Source: Macrostomum lignano
Lineage: Eukaryota
NCBI GenBank assembly: GCA_002269645.1
Contig: NIVC01002776.1
Span: forward strand, 62,001 to 126,000
Reading direction: 5' to 3'
Length of the DNA stretch: 64,000 nucleotides
Shown here: positions 1 through 11,893 of the stretch, one piece after another
Numbering within the stretch: position 1 is the first letter of the stretch
Layout of the letters: every line of letters begins with the position of its first letter
Made by a program: the position numbers and the translations under genes
Notes under the pieces: model-generated
The model's input: only the letters and a program-made list of their open reading frames with translations
The model's database searches: none
What the model was told of the DNA's origin: nothing

Positions 1-2240
1 GCGCCGACGGTACAGCGGCTTCATCGGGCGCCGTGGTGAGGACGATGGTGTCGCTGTGAGCTCCGTCAGCGGCGCGGGCGTAAGCGCGGAAGAGGCCGGC
101 GCAGATCTCGCCACCGCGGTGTCGCCGCTGCTCAGCTCAAGCAGTCTGAGCACCAGACAGCCGTCTGGCCTCACAAAGTCGTCAAGGAAGCCATCGAGAA
201 CCCTGGCGAGCTTCAGATGGGCGCCGTCCTCTTCCGATTGGCCGACGATGGTTCCGGCCAGCCTGAGGCAGCGCGTGAGTTGGCGCCTTCGGCCGCGCGC
301 CGGCGCCAAACGGGTGCACCACAGACAGAGGCTGAGCAAAGTGGCGAAGAGCGCGACAATGAACCAGAGCCACAGGAATGCGAAGAGTTTCTCGTGGATC
401 ATGTTCACCGGCAGAGCGCACTGGGCCAGGCTCATCTGACACGGGAGGGAGGCATACATGTAGCGCATTCGCACTTTGATTTTTCTGTAATCGATAGCAC
501 CGATGTACATGGCATTTATGAAGCCCTTTGAAGCACAAGTTTTTACCGATTGTAGATAGAGCTATTGATAGCACCACTGTACACAGCCATGTTAGAACCA
601 GTTTACATAAGAGGTTTCTACTCTAATCCACAAATCATTAACTGATCATGGAGCAAGGCGTCTACCTGAGTCTTCCCAGCCGCCCCCTTGAGCGCCACAG
701 CGCAGCAGCCGGATCTCGGGAACAGACCGGTTCGCCTCCAGTCGGCGCCAGTCGCCAAGTGTCCGACCAGATCGGAGCTGAAGCCGAGAACCGAGCTCAG
801 CAACGATACTGAGGTGTCCGGGCGAACTAGGTAAGCCATCACTAGCAGCTGGCCGACCAGATTTCCGATGTACATCAACTTGACAGCGATGTACACCCAG
901 ACAAGTCGAGTGCCGAGGCGCTTTGATGGTAGGCTGAGGGCCAGGCTGAAGGAGGCCATCGAATTTGAGAATGGGATGAATGGAATAACGGAATTTAAAA
1001 AAAACTTAATACTTATTGACGATATAATGAGCACTATACGAAGAAGCTCTGAGCACTCCACAAAGCATCTCTGAGCACTCCACAAAGCATCCCTGAACAC
1101 CCAGCAAAACATCCCTGAACACTCCACAAAGCATCCTGAACACCCAGCAAAACATCCCTGAACACTCCACAAAGCATCCCTGAACACCCAGCAAAACATC
1201 CCTGAACACTCCACAAAGCATCCCTGAACACTCCACAAAACATCCCTGAACACTCCACAAAGCATCCCTGAACACTCCACAAAACATCCCTGAACACTCC
1301 ACAAAGCATCCCTGAACACTCCACAAAACATCCCTGAACACTCCACACAGCATCCCTGAACACTCCACAAAATATCCCTGAACACTCCACAAAGCATCCC
1401 TGAACACTCCACAAAGCATCCCCGAATACTCCGCAAAGCATCCCTGAACGCTCCACAGGGTCTCACCTTCCCCGCAGACCCCGATGCAGCTTGTCTGACC
1501 AGGAGCCCGCCAAAGGCCGCGTACTGCGCAGCCAGAGCTCCAACTGCCTGGCCACCTGCCGCAGCGTCTTCTCGCGCTTTTCCCCGTCGGATCGCTGCGC
1601 CTCGGCGGTAGCGCGCGCCAGCTGCCACAAATCGCAGCTGGCCCTGGACTGCACAAACAGCCGCCAGAACAGACTCGGTGCGTAGAATGCCACGCCCTGA
1701 GCCGCGAGGACGAACGGCAGCCACTGGTAGTAGTAGATCTTCCGGTCCCGGTACCGATCTGACCAGGTCTCCAAGTGGTTCTTGATCTCAAATTCGTCCA
1801 GGGGCACATTGTAAAGACCGTCGGTGTAACACATGCTGGTTATGTAGGCTGTCTGGCCTTCGTGCGAGCCCAGAATGTTAGGCACGTAGCAGGTGATGGG
1901 GTTGAGGAAGTAAGTCTTCAGCGTGGTGATGCTGCTGAACACTATCAGCAGCAGCACTGAAATTGGGGCATCGGGTGGAAGCTCCAATTGAAGATTGAAG
2001 CTGCATGTAGGGTTGAGACTATAGGACACGGGTGCAAATGATTTTCTAGTTCAATATGACACTCGCTCAAGGCGGCTGTTGTGACGCAAGCCTATTCATT
2101 TGCGTACTAACCACACCTTGCACAGTATGCCAGTCACTACCTGTAAACAGAAAGTTGATCCGGTCAGCAAAGTCGTCCAAGCCGACGTGGCCCAGGGCGT
2201 CCAGCTTTCCAAGGCGATCCAGAAACTCAGTGAGCAGCAT
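1..2240 (-). CDS. Innexin (gap-junction/pannexin family); exons 2240-2141, 1956-1467, 945-666, 435-<1; 3' end outside window
   Basis: Spliced translation starts MLLTEFLDRLGKLDALGHVGLDDFADRINFLFT|VLLLIVFSS, then PITCY...SMCY, YYYQWLPFVLAAQGVAFYAPSLFWR, LFPRSGCC, and Q|MSLAQCALPVNMIHEKLFAFLWLWF. These are innexin hallmark motifs. All three introns are GT-AG with matching phases (1,2,0). The last exon is open to base 1. Confidence 0.95.
1047..1457. repeat. 22-bp tandem repeat (CCCTGAACACTCCACAAAGCAT), ~18 copies, in innexin intron 2
   Basis: Directly visible periodicity. It explains the spurious ORFs 618-1724, 1006-1809 and 1034-1456. Confidence 0.95.
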
Positions 2241-2920
2241 GATCGACCGCTGAGCTTGGCTGAGTAGATAAGTTGAGGATAATCCAATAAGCTGAAGCAG
2301 CGATGCACAGAATCCGAGCTTCCAGGTTAAATCACTGTTTAAATTCTGCTTTAGGTCCTTCTGCTGACGCAAATATGAAAGCGTGGGAGAGCCGAAGTCA
2401 GGGAGACCTCGCATAGACCTAGGGCACGCACGCAGCCAAAGGCTGAACTTCATTGGATATTAGCTGATTTGCCGATGCAAGAGAGGCGGAAAGCTGAAAC
2501 ACCAACCAACCATTAGTCAAGTCTGTTCAGAGCTGGAACCTTCGCAACAGACATGCCCAGGCATTATGAGCGTACTAGGTTGATAAAATACTGAGAAATA
2601 TCTCAATCGGTTTTTAAAGTAAGACCTCTCGGCCAGGCTTAAGGTACGGACTAGTAGTTTTCCCCGAATTAAAAGGAGGACTGCAGTGCTGCTCAGGCAG
2701 AGGTGGCTGCCTATTGAAAATCTGACAGACAGAATTTTCCCCTTCATCAGGAAGTAATGAAGAATAGGCTGAGGCTGCGCTGGATTCGGCAGCCAATGAG
2801 GGAAATGGTGGGAAGATTTTGGTAGAATAAAAGTGTCCCATCCAAAAGCTGAGTCCATGCCACGAGCTCATATTTGTTAAACTCAGTTAATTCCAATCGA
2901 CAAAATTATCCCCTTGAGTG
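2241..2920. promoter_or_regulatory. Putative bidirectional promoter between innexin (-) and DEG/ENaC (+)
   Basis: Start codons diverge ~680 bp apart (2240 minus, 2921 plus). A CCAAT box (AGCCAATGA) lies near 2790. Function is inferred from layout only. Confidence 0.4.
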
Positions 2921-5688
2921 ATGTCCGGCCGATCCAGCTCCCTGATCCCCGTGCTGCCAGGCAACGTCAGCCGCACCGTCAGCTTTGAATGCTCGTCCAT
3001 CCCGGACCCACGCTCGTGTCGCGATGATTTAACGGTGTCGCCGACCCAGGAAGATGCGGAGATGCCTGTGGCGGCTTCGGAGGCCGGGCGGCCCGGCAGC
3101 GGCTTTTCACCGGCCAACGGTGACGGACGCCTCGTGCGGCGCCTCCGGCCAGCAGTTCGCTTACGGAAGCGGCGCCCAGGCAGTGGGCCCTACAGCTGGT
3201 CCAGCATGCAGCGGGCGGCCAGCTTCCAGACACTGTTTCGCTCCTTCGCCAACGACACCACGGCGCACGGCATCCGGCAGCTGGCCGCGGCCGACAGCTG
3301 CTTGCGACGCTTGTTGTGGGCGAGCGTCCTGGCCCTGGTGACCATGGGCTGGGTCACCCACCTGGCCAACGAAATTCACTACTATTTCAGCTACCCGGTT
3401 AACGTGCAGACCAGCTTTCTGATGGGGGCCTTCAGTTTCCCGGACGTGATCATCTGCGACCCGATCGGGCCCATCCGGCCGGATCTGATACTGCGCGCCT
3501 TCAACGGCACCGGCCACCACGACCTGCTGCAAAGCTCCGACGGCGTCGCCATCCTGCCGCAGATGTTTTGGGGCGAGCTGCAGCACACCGACAAGTCGCG
3601 CTTCTTCCTCAGCCACTTCATCGACCTGCCGAGCAGCGCCCTGCGCCCGGAGGACTACATCATCTTCTGTCGCTACCAGAAGCAGCCGTGCAATTTCCTG
3701 AACTTTTCCGTGTACTACCACCACGACTTCATGAACTGCTTTGCCTTCCAGCCGCCGACGCGGAAGATGAGCGCCGCCGGCACCGACAACGGCCTGACGC
3801 TGGTGCTGAACGTGCCGCAGCGTCGTTTTGTTGAGTCCTTCTCCGGCTTCGGGAGAAGTACGAGGAGGCCCTGCTGCCGCTGGGGTTGCGGGTGTCGCTG
3901 CAGCAGCAGGGCACCATTCCGCACCCGAGCGAAGGCGGCTGGGTGCTGCCCAAGGGCATGCTGACCGAGATCAACCTGTGGCACTTTAGGTGTGCTGTTA
4001 TTGTGTCATGCTGTTATTTTCATTATCTGTAGTAGTCACTCATCGATTGATGCGATTGACTGCGATTGACTGCAGGCGGACGAATGATTATTAATCTTCG
4101 AATTGTCTAAATTAATAATAATTACGGCCAGTTTCGCCCCAAAATGCGTGACATCTCAATGGGCACCTGAGCCCCGAGAGCATTCTGTCCCCTCCCCCGA
4201 GCCCCGAGAAGCAATTTCGGCTATTGAATCCTGCTTCTTTTCCCTCTGGGCCGGAGCAGTTCATCAATTATTCATGCCTTAATAGCACGGACGAGATCAG
4301 GTTGTGTTAGAAAAAACGGCCCAAATAAAATAGCAGACACAGCAGAGAAAACTGAGAGTAGCGATGCAGCTCAGAGCGGAGCCTGGAAGCGCATCCCCGC
4401 CTCTTTCTCCTCCAACCGAACCTTATCTGCCGGAGCAGCTGCTGTCCCGGTCTGGACAGATAAAACAGGCTAATAAACCTTGGCGCGAAGGCGAAAACAT
4501 CCGCTTCCCATCTCCTTTTCTCCAGGAAAACAGGAGATAGCAGGCGCGAGAGTGATAAATAGCGACAAGGGGTTTGGAACTGTGCATGTGCTCATGCTCA
4601 TAACTCTGAAGGTGATATCCGCTTTGTCAGCTTAAACGACTTAAGATTGTTCGGTTGAGAGTGTAGCCTCGGACTCGAGCTCAGCGAGTCCAACAAGGAA
4701 GGGCAGCTTGTTCTGGAGTGGTAATGAGCTCAGCCAGTCCAAGGGAGGGTTGGAGTCTCATTTAGTCAAAGTCAAGCAACGGAAGCTTCCCACCCACAGG
4801 AGCTCACTAATCAACACGCCGGTGGCTCCGTGCTCTGACGGTGACAAGATCCCGCACTTCAACCACGCCACTGGACATCTAGACGAGTACAACTACCGCA
4901 CCGAGGACTGCCTCTACCACCAGATCCTGCGCCGCACCGAGGAGATCTGCAACTGCTCCGTGCACGTCGACGATCACTGGCGGAACGGCTTCGACTGGCC
5001 GCGGAGACCCAACTGCCACTCGAGCTTCAACATCACCCGGCACCAGCTGGACTTCGTCATGCAGCTGCGCCGGAAGCCGCACGATCACCACGACGGACGG
5101 GCCGCCGCGGAGGCCCTGCGGGTGCTGGACAGCGTTGCGGCGCCGGTTACGCGGGTAATCGACTGCTTCCAGCAAGCCCGCCAGGAGGGGTCCCCGTTGG
5201 ACGTGCTGGCGGCCTGCCCGAACCCCTGCAACTACGAGAACTATGTGACGGCGATCTCGCAAGCGATGTGGCCGCAGGCCGAGATGCTCGACCGCATCAA
5301 GGAGATGCTGCTGGACACGATCTCGCGCGAGTACTTTGAACCGCTGGAGAGTCTGGGTCGGCTGAGCTCCCTCATCAGGCCGCTGGGCGAGGATTTTGCG
5401 GAACTGTTCGGACAGCTTCGGGCCTGCAACAGAAGCGCCTGCTCAGCCCGGCTGCACTCCCAACTGTACAGCTTCATGGAGAGAAACTTCCTTGAGCTGC
5501 GCGTGTTTCCCCGCAGTCTGGACATCCAGTTCACTGAGGAGAAGACCAGCTTACCGCTGAGCAGTCTGATGTCTCAGCTGGGCGGACTCAGCGGCCTCTG
5601 GCTCGGCATCAGCATCGTCACACTGTGCGAGTTCGTCGAGTTCTCCGCGGCGCTGCTTCGGCGGGCGTGCCGTCCCATGCCGCCGTGA
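2921..5688 (+). CDS. DEG/ENaC/ASIC-family sodium channel; exons ~2921-3989 (apparent 1-nt frameshift at ~3835-3853) and 4800-5688
   Basis: N-terminal FANDTTAHGI (HG motif), TM1 LLWASVLALVTMGW, YFSYPV, FPDVIICD, NCFAF, GLTLVLNV. In the -1 frame: LGLRVSLQQQGTIPHPSEGG...GMLTEINL. Cys-rich thumb and TM2 LMSQLGGLSGLWLGISIVTLCE. Intron 3990-4799 is GT..AG, phase 2. The start codon is uncertain (2921, 3062 or ~3207). Confidence 0.92.
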
Positions 5689-6035
5689 ACTGCTGCGACT
5701 GGGACAGATTTTAGACTGCTTGACTTCTGCTAGCAAGGACTTTTAAGTGTCACCTGGACTATAGCAGGGACTTCTAAATTATATAGCTATTGAGGAAAAG
5801 TAAACAAAAAGCACTTTTCATTGCCCAATGGGATAAGTAATGGATGCTAAAAATATTTGCCATTATCCAGTTCTAATACCTAATGCTCACTATCCACATA
5901 TACTACTCGTAAATTCTAATTCTAAAATGATGCACAATTCTTAATGGAGGGTGTTCACTGTTTACTTTATTTTCGAAAATCCTCTTTAACATTGGGGCGT
6001 GCCTTTCCAATATAAAAGAGCTCCCTTCAGTTAAA

Positions 6036-6371
6036 GTACTCACTTCAAGACAATAGTACTCAATTTAAGAAGAGTGCTCACTTTGAAACAGGAGTTATCG
6101 GTATGCCCATTCAAGACAGGAGTGCTCACTTCAAGACAGGAGTGCTCACTTCAAGACAGGAGTGCTCACTTCAAGACAGGAGTGCTCACTTCAAGACAGG
6201 AGTGCTCACTTCAAGACAGGAGTGCTCACTTCAAGACAGGAGTGCTCACTTCAAGACAGGAGTGCTCACTTCAAGACAGGAGAGCTCACTTTAAGACAGG
6301 AGTGCTCACTTTAAGACAGGAGTGCTCACTTCAAGACAGGAGTGCTCACTTCAAGACAGGAGTGCTCACTT
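6036..6371. repeat. 20-bp tandem repeat (TGCTCACTTCAAGACAGGAG), ~13 clean copies plus degenerate 5' units
   Basis: Direct periodicity. Confidence 0.95.
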
Positions 6372-7099
6372 TTCTTACTTAGAGACAAGAGACTGCTGAG
6401 CATCCGACAGGAAATGGTCGTTATAATAGAGTGGCACCTACTTCAAAACTATTGCTCAACCGTACATTGTACTAATTCTCTTGTAGTGAAACCGCCATCC
6501 ATAGCGGTATCAATTTGTGCCCATACGAACGTATAATTTAGCAACGTTTTGCGCCACCGGCAGCGGAAGGGGCCATGCCAGATCCAAGGCGCAGTAGGTA
6601 TGAAAGCTGTGACCAATAAATCACGATTATCAGAGCTGGGTGGGCTGGGGTCGAAGCGACCGGAGCTGCCAGTCCGCCCTGGCTTTCTCGCCGATTTCCT
6701 TCTCCAGTTAATTAAACTAATTCTCAAATATGACTTCAAACTTCCGAACATCAGCGAGCATAAATATAATCATCAACTACTGATTAATTTAACACACGCG
6801 TACGGTATATTGCGAAGAGAGCTTATTAAACAGTAGGAACACCAAGCCACTTTTCCTACTGTCGAACCACGAAGGGGGCGGGGAATTTCTAACATTTTTG
6901 CTGCGCCAGAACGAAGCAACGCAGGCAAACAAAATTCAAGATCACAGGCTAACTTTTTTGCTCAGCCTTCTCAAACAAGAATCAAGTCACGAGCCCTCCA
7001 GACCGTCGAGATATTCAAGGATTCTGCTAAAAGATCGGATTTTTCCTTAAGCGCCACTATTATTAAATCACCCGGCCATGTGCGCCAACCAGCACTGCT

Positions 7100-7196
7100 C
7101 CTAAGTGCAGCCTTCCCAAGACATCCCTAAGTGCAGCCTTCCCAAGACATCCCTAAGTGCAGCCTTCCCAAGACATCCCTAAGTGCAGCCTTCCCA
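7100..7196. repeat. 26-bp tandem repeat (CTAAGTGCAGCCTTCCCAAGACATCC), ~3.7 copies
   Basis: Direct periodicity. Confidence 0.9.
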
Positions 7197-7691
7197 AATT
7201 TCATCAGCTCGTTAAATACGCTCGTTAAATACGTGGCTGCATCAGCTGACTTGATTGGTCACTGGCCTTCACCCAGGCGGAGCTCCTGAACCTTCAACAG
7301 GTGGCACCAGGTGACTATGGACTATGGACGCAGCAAAAAGCCCCACCCCCTTGCCCCTAGGTACTTCTGCTGTAAATGATTAACTGCAAATTAGAAATTT
7401 GAGAGAACTGATGGAAAGCCAAAATTAAAATCAATGTTATTTGAAGCGCGCAGTTAAAAAGGCTATATCGGCACACTTCGGGATAATTAAAGCAATCACA
7501 GCGCAAATCAATTTAAAATCATTTAAAACAAAAGCAACTATAAACTCGGCAATCTAGGATTTAGATAACAGTACAAATAACAGCGCACGCCAGCAATCCA
7601 ATAAAACGCGACCGCAGATCAGCTACTTAGGAACAGCAGTAGCGAAACAAGAATATTTCGTTAAAACTTTGCACAAAGTAATTAAAATTTT

Positions 7692-8052
7692 TTAGGCGAC
7701 AAAGTCGTGCCCGCCGCTTCTGCCGCCGCCGCCGCCGCGGTTGCCACCGTCAGCGGCGCGCGACGGCGACTCGGAGTAGACGACAGCGGCCGGGGCGTCA
7801 GCCAGAGCGCGAGCTGGCGCAAGCGGCGAGAAGAACTTGGCGGCCAGCAGGGCGCCGCAGACGGTGCCGATAAGGCTGCCGGCCAGAATGTCGCTCCAGT
7901 GGTGCTTATAGTCGGAGACGCGGGACATCGCAACGCTGGAGCCCACCAGCACCAGCGCCACCTGCGCCAGGTTTTTCAGCGAGTGCAGCGGGTGACGGAA
8001 GGCCAGGCGGGCCTGTGGGATAGATAGATACCCTAGATACCCTTATACACTA

Positions 8053-8116
<64 letters not shown>

Positions 8117-9129
8117 GGACAGACCTGCATGTAGACAGCCAGGTAGACGCACACGGCCATGGAGAAGGAGGAGTGCCCGCTGGGAAAAGACTTCATCGCA
8201 TTTGTGAATTTGCCGGAGTCCGGCGGGCGGCAGAAGTCGGGGGTGTACAGTTTGCCGCGCACGCAGGTGGTGTTGAGCTGGCAGGCTGCCAGAAAGTGCG
8301 GCCGCTGCCGGCCGAAGCCCATCTTGCCGACCACGGTGAAAATCTCGTTAGCCAGACAGGCGAAGGCCAGCTGGTAGAGCCCGGCTGTTATGGCTGCAAA
8401 TAGCGGAGCAAATTTTTCCGGCAATATGCGGCCAACTACTGACAGTAGGGTGGGGTGGGCCGGCCGGTCGGATTTCACCCGCTCGGGGGCGTGCCAGTGC
8501 CGCAGGCACTCGACAGTGACCACCACGAACAGGCCGAGGACCACGCCGACGCCAATGCAGGTGCTGAAGGGCACGGTGCCCTCCTTCAGCGGGTAGCCGA
8601 TGCTCTCGTCGTCGCAGTAGAAGCCGCGCTGGAACGGCTTGACGGCGAAGTGGACGATGAGGCAGGCGGCGCCCAGCATCAGCAGCACCAGGAGGTGGCC
8701 GACGCCAGCCAGAATTGCCGAAGCTCGCGGCTCCATGCGGCCTGGATGAGCTCGCAGGTTTTGTCTGGGACCGGGACTGGCAACCGGGTCCGGTTTGGGC
8801 TTGCGGGCGGGAATGGGTTTTGGGACTTTGGCTGGGTTGGGATTAGGAATGCGCGCGGGATTGGGGTTGGGATTAGGAATCGGAACCGGATCGGACTTTG
8901 GGACGGGATTCAAGTTCGGCTTAGCTGTGGAGTCCGGGCTCGGCAGGGAGCTGGACTGTTGAAGAACCGGATTAGGTTTTGGAGCTGGAGCTGGAGAATT
9001 GGGATTACTGTTAGTGGTATTGACCCCGGGGCGAGGCTGGGAGTTGGAGTGGAATTTGCGAACGTGAAGGCCCGAAGTGCCGAAAGTATCGGTTTCAGCC
9101 TCCGAAGATGAGGATATTTCTGGAGACGC
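7692..9129 (-). CDS. PAP2/lipid phosphate phosphatase (PLPP/wunen-like), downstream copy B; exons 9129-8125 (ATG at 8736 if standalone) and 8012-7692
   Basis: PFQRGFYCDDESIGYP, C1 KMGFGRQRPHF, C2 SFPSGHSS and C3 SRVSDYKHHWSDILAG are all intact. Intron 8124-8013 is GT..AG, phase 0. The frame stays open 5' of the ATG up to a TTTTATTCCAG acceptor at 9130. Confidence 0.93.
8053..8124. repeat. (GACA)n microsatellite filling most of the PAP2-B intron, including its GT donor
   Basis: Direct; the minus-strand donor is GTCTGT. Confidence 0.95.
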
Positions 9130-9456
9130 CTGGAATAAAAGCAGATTTGTTTATATTAAGCAAGGGACTGGGGCTGCTGTGTTATAGTTATACTACCTAC
9201 TAGCTGTTACATGTATATGCCAAATGCCTACGAATTTATATATGGTACCTAATTTGCATATGACGCTTTTTAGTAGGTATGTGCGATGTGATAAGATTAT
9301 GAAGTAAAGTGCATGTACATTTGAAACTGTTTAATTAAGCTTTAGAAACTGATTTTTCGACGCAAAAACAGCCTTTAAAGTCGCATCGTGCAGAACACAC
9401 AAGACTAATTTTAAATGTACACAACTTTCTCAATCCACAGATTCAATAATCGCACA

Positions 9457-9591
9457 CGGGCTCACCTGAGATAGAATTTAGTAAGCAGTTTACACTACCG
9501 CGAAAGATTTTCAGCTGGATTTTCGGGCTCACCTGAGATAGAATTTAGTAAGCAGTTTACACTACCGCGAAAGATTTTCAGCTGGATTTTC
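9457..9591. repeat. 67-bp perfect tandem duplication
   Basis: GGGCTCACCTGAGATAG...CTGGATTTTC occurs at 9458 and at 9525. Confidence 0.9.
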
Positions 9592-10770
9592 AAAGCAATG
9601 CAAAAACGCAAAGTAAAGCCGGACTACAGACAGATAGACTGCCGGGGGTAAAGGACAGTTTTACAAGGCCCTGCACTCTCTCGCTGAAATTTCTCCGCCC
9701 GTTTTCGTGTACATTCCTCCCTTCTCCTTATCATAAGTTGGGGGGGGGGGGCTGGGCGTGGTTGGTTGGGTTAGCGCAAGTGTACATTTGTTGGGTGTAC
9801 ATTGGGCTCTTCTCTCTACTACTGCCTGGCCTTGGTTTGGAGGAGGCTGTCCAACGGGGGGGAGTTCATACGTGTAAGACCTACGATGTAAACCTCACAT
9901 ACAATACTTAACACATCGCCTCAAAGTTAAGCAATCTAAAAGGCCCTAAACTTCACCAGGGGCCTAAACTTGGGAATCATTAATGGAAATCCTAAATTGC
10001 GTCAACGGCAAAAAGCGTTAGCCTGAAAATAAAAACATCTTTTAGGTGATGTGAAGGTGAAGTTTATGTCTTGTGAAGTTTTTGTTTTACAAGAGGATGC
10101 TTGAAACTTTTAACCGATGTGAACTTTAGGTATTGTGAAAGCGCTCCCGCGCCATCCAACCACTGAACGGTTTTTAATAATATATTTATTAATTCATAAA
10201 CTAAGGAAACCAGCTTGTAAATTTGTAATATGCTTTAAGTCTTAGTTTTTAGTACGTAGCTACTTCTTGCTATTTGAGTACAATTACCACTTGAATGCAA
10301 AGTTTGGCGTGTCCGACCTAACAAAACAACAAGGCGAAGAGTTTTTGGTACGAGCGCACTTGCTGCCACTGGCAAAGCTTTCTCATCGCATCGCATCTCT
10401 AATAAACTCGGAAACTCTGCTCTGATAAACGACAATAAAGTAAGCGAGAAGAGATTAATAAGACACGAATGTGCGGTTCTGATTAAAATGAATAAACACT
10501 GCTGCAATTTTTTAACCGATCTTAATGGTTACTGACGGTTAAGTAGCTTAAAAATGAGGACTTTGGAGTGAATTACGCTAGTCAAATGTCAACAAAACGT
10601 ATGCAGATGCGCATTGCGCATGGAGAATGGCTTTCAATTTTCGCTGCTATAGTTACATGATTTCGCGATATCGATATTGATTAGCAACTCTAACATCAAA
10701 TAAAGGCGGGGCGACCGTGCAGCGCAAATGACCAGAAAAGACAAAACCGTTCTAAACCTGAGCCAGTCTC

Positions 10771-11893
10771 TCACACCACACTGCCAGCCAGTCTCCGCAC
10801 CCCCGGCCCAGCATCTTCCTTTCCCTCATCGCCGCTGCCGGTCTCCCGGGCCTCGTCCTGTTTGCCTTCAACGCCGAGCCCGCAGCCTTCACGAGGAACG
10901 ACGCTGGCCGCTAGCCAGGCCATGCCGTCACCGAGCAGCCCGCCAGCCAGCACGTCGCTCCAGTGGTGCTTGTAGTCCGACACTCGCGAGTAGGCCACGT
11001 ACAGGCCGGCCACCGCCGCCAGGAACTGGAAGGTCCGGCGAAGTAGAGCGGATCGACAGCGGCCCGCCCGCCGCTGCAGGTAGAGCAGCACAATGGTGGC
11101 GCAGTAGAGACTGAAGGAAGCGTGGCCGCTGGGAAACGAGCGCTGCGCGTCCTGAGAATGAGATGGATACGAGCGCATGCAAACCAAGTCCGCTTGAGCA
11201 GCCAAAAAACCCATGAATGCCTCCGCTGGACCCCCTGTATCTCAGCAGATCGCTGCCCCTGTCTCAGGGGGTTGCAGGGCATACTCTCAGCATGACTAAG
11301 CACTTTCTGCAGCACCGCACCTGGAATTCCCTCGCCGACACAGCTGGCCTGCAGACCACGGCCGCATCGTAGGCAACGCTGGCATTGCAGAAGCCGCCTG
11401 GCAGCTCCGGCCGACAGACAGTGTAAAAGAATGGCCGATGCCGGCCGAAGGCATTCTTGGCCATGCCCATCAGGAAGTCGCAGCCGGCCAGGCCCACACA
11501 GAAGTAGTAAACGGCATACAGGACGGCCGCGAAGTAGCTGGCCGCGAACTCGCTGGTGGCGAACAGGCGTCGCGCGAAGGCCACCAGGGCCGGTGCGCTA
11601 CGCAGGTGTCGGCGATCTCGACAGCGCCACTCGGCCACAGCGATAGTCAGCCAGGCGGTCAAGACGCCAACGGGAGCGCAGATATAGTAGGGCACGGAGC
11701 AGCGGCCCACCGGGTACCGGATGCTCTGATCGTCGCAAAAGAACAGCCTCGAGAATGGCGGGACGAGCACGTGCATGAGGCTCATGGCGGTGCACAGGCC
11801 GAACAGGACCAGGCCGTGCAGGCAGGCGCTGAAGGCAATACGGCCGCTGGACGGTGCCGTCAAGTCGAGAGACATCTGCTGCGTCGGTGGCAT
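10771..11893 (-). CDS. PAP2/lipid phosphate phosphatase, upstream copy A; exons 11893-11322 and 11151-10771 (or 11151-10801 if spliced onward)
   Basis: PPFSRLFFCDDQSIRYP, C1 KNAFGRHRPFF, FQ|DAQRSFPSGHAS and SRVSDYKHHWSDVLAG. Intron GTGCGG..CTCAG, phase 0. Confidence 0.93.

Noticed and set aside
618-1809. 368-aa and 267-aa minus-strand ORFs
   Set aside because: Chimeras of innexin exon sequence and the 22-bp intronic repeat.
2736-2750. CTGATGA..GAAA hammerhead-like core on the minus strand
   Set aside because: Only 4 nt lie between the motifs, so stem II cannot form. Other CTGATGA sites I noticed lack a properly placed GAAA.
3812-3855. 44-nt micro-intron (GTGCCG..GGAG) that would fix the DEG/ENaC frame
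   Set aside because: It has a weak GAG acceptor with no pyrimidine tract, and it would delete the conserved-looking LNVPQ segment.
10608-10620. TGCGCATTGCGCA as an NRF-1 site marking a separate PAP2-B promoter
   Set aside because: It has one extra base relative to consensus and is a single short motif. It is noted only as a caveat to the fusion model.
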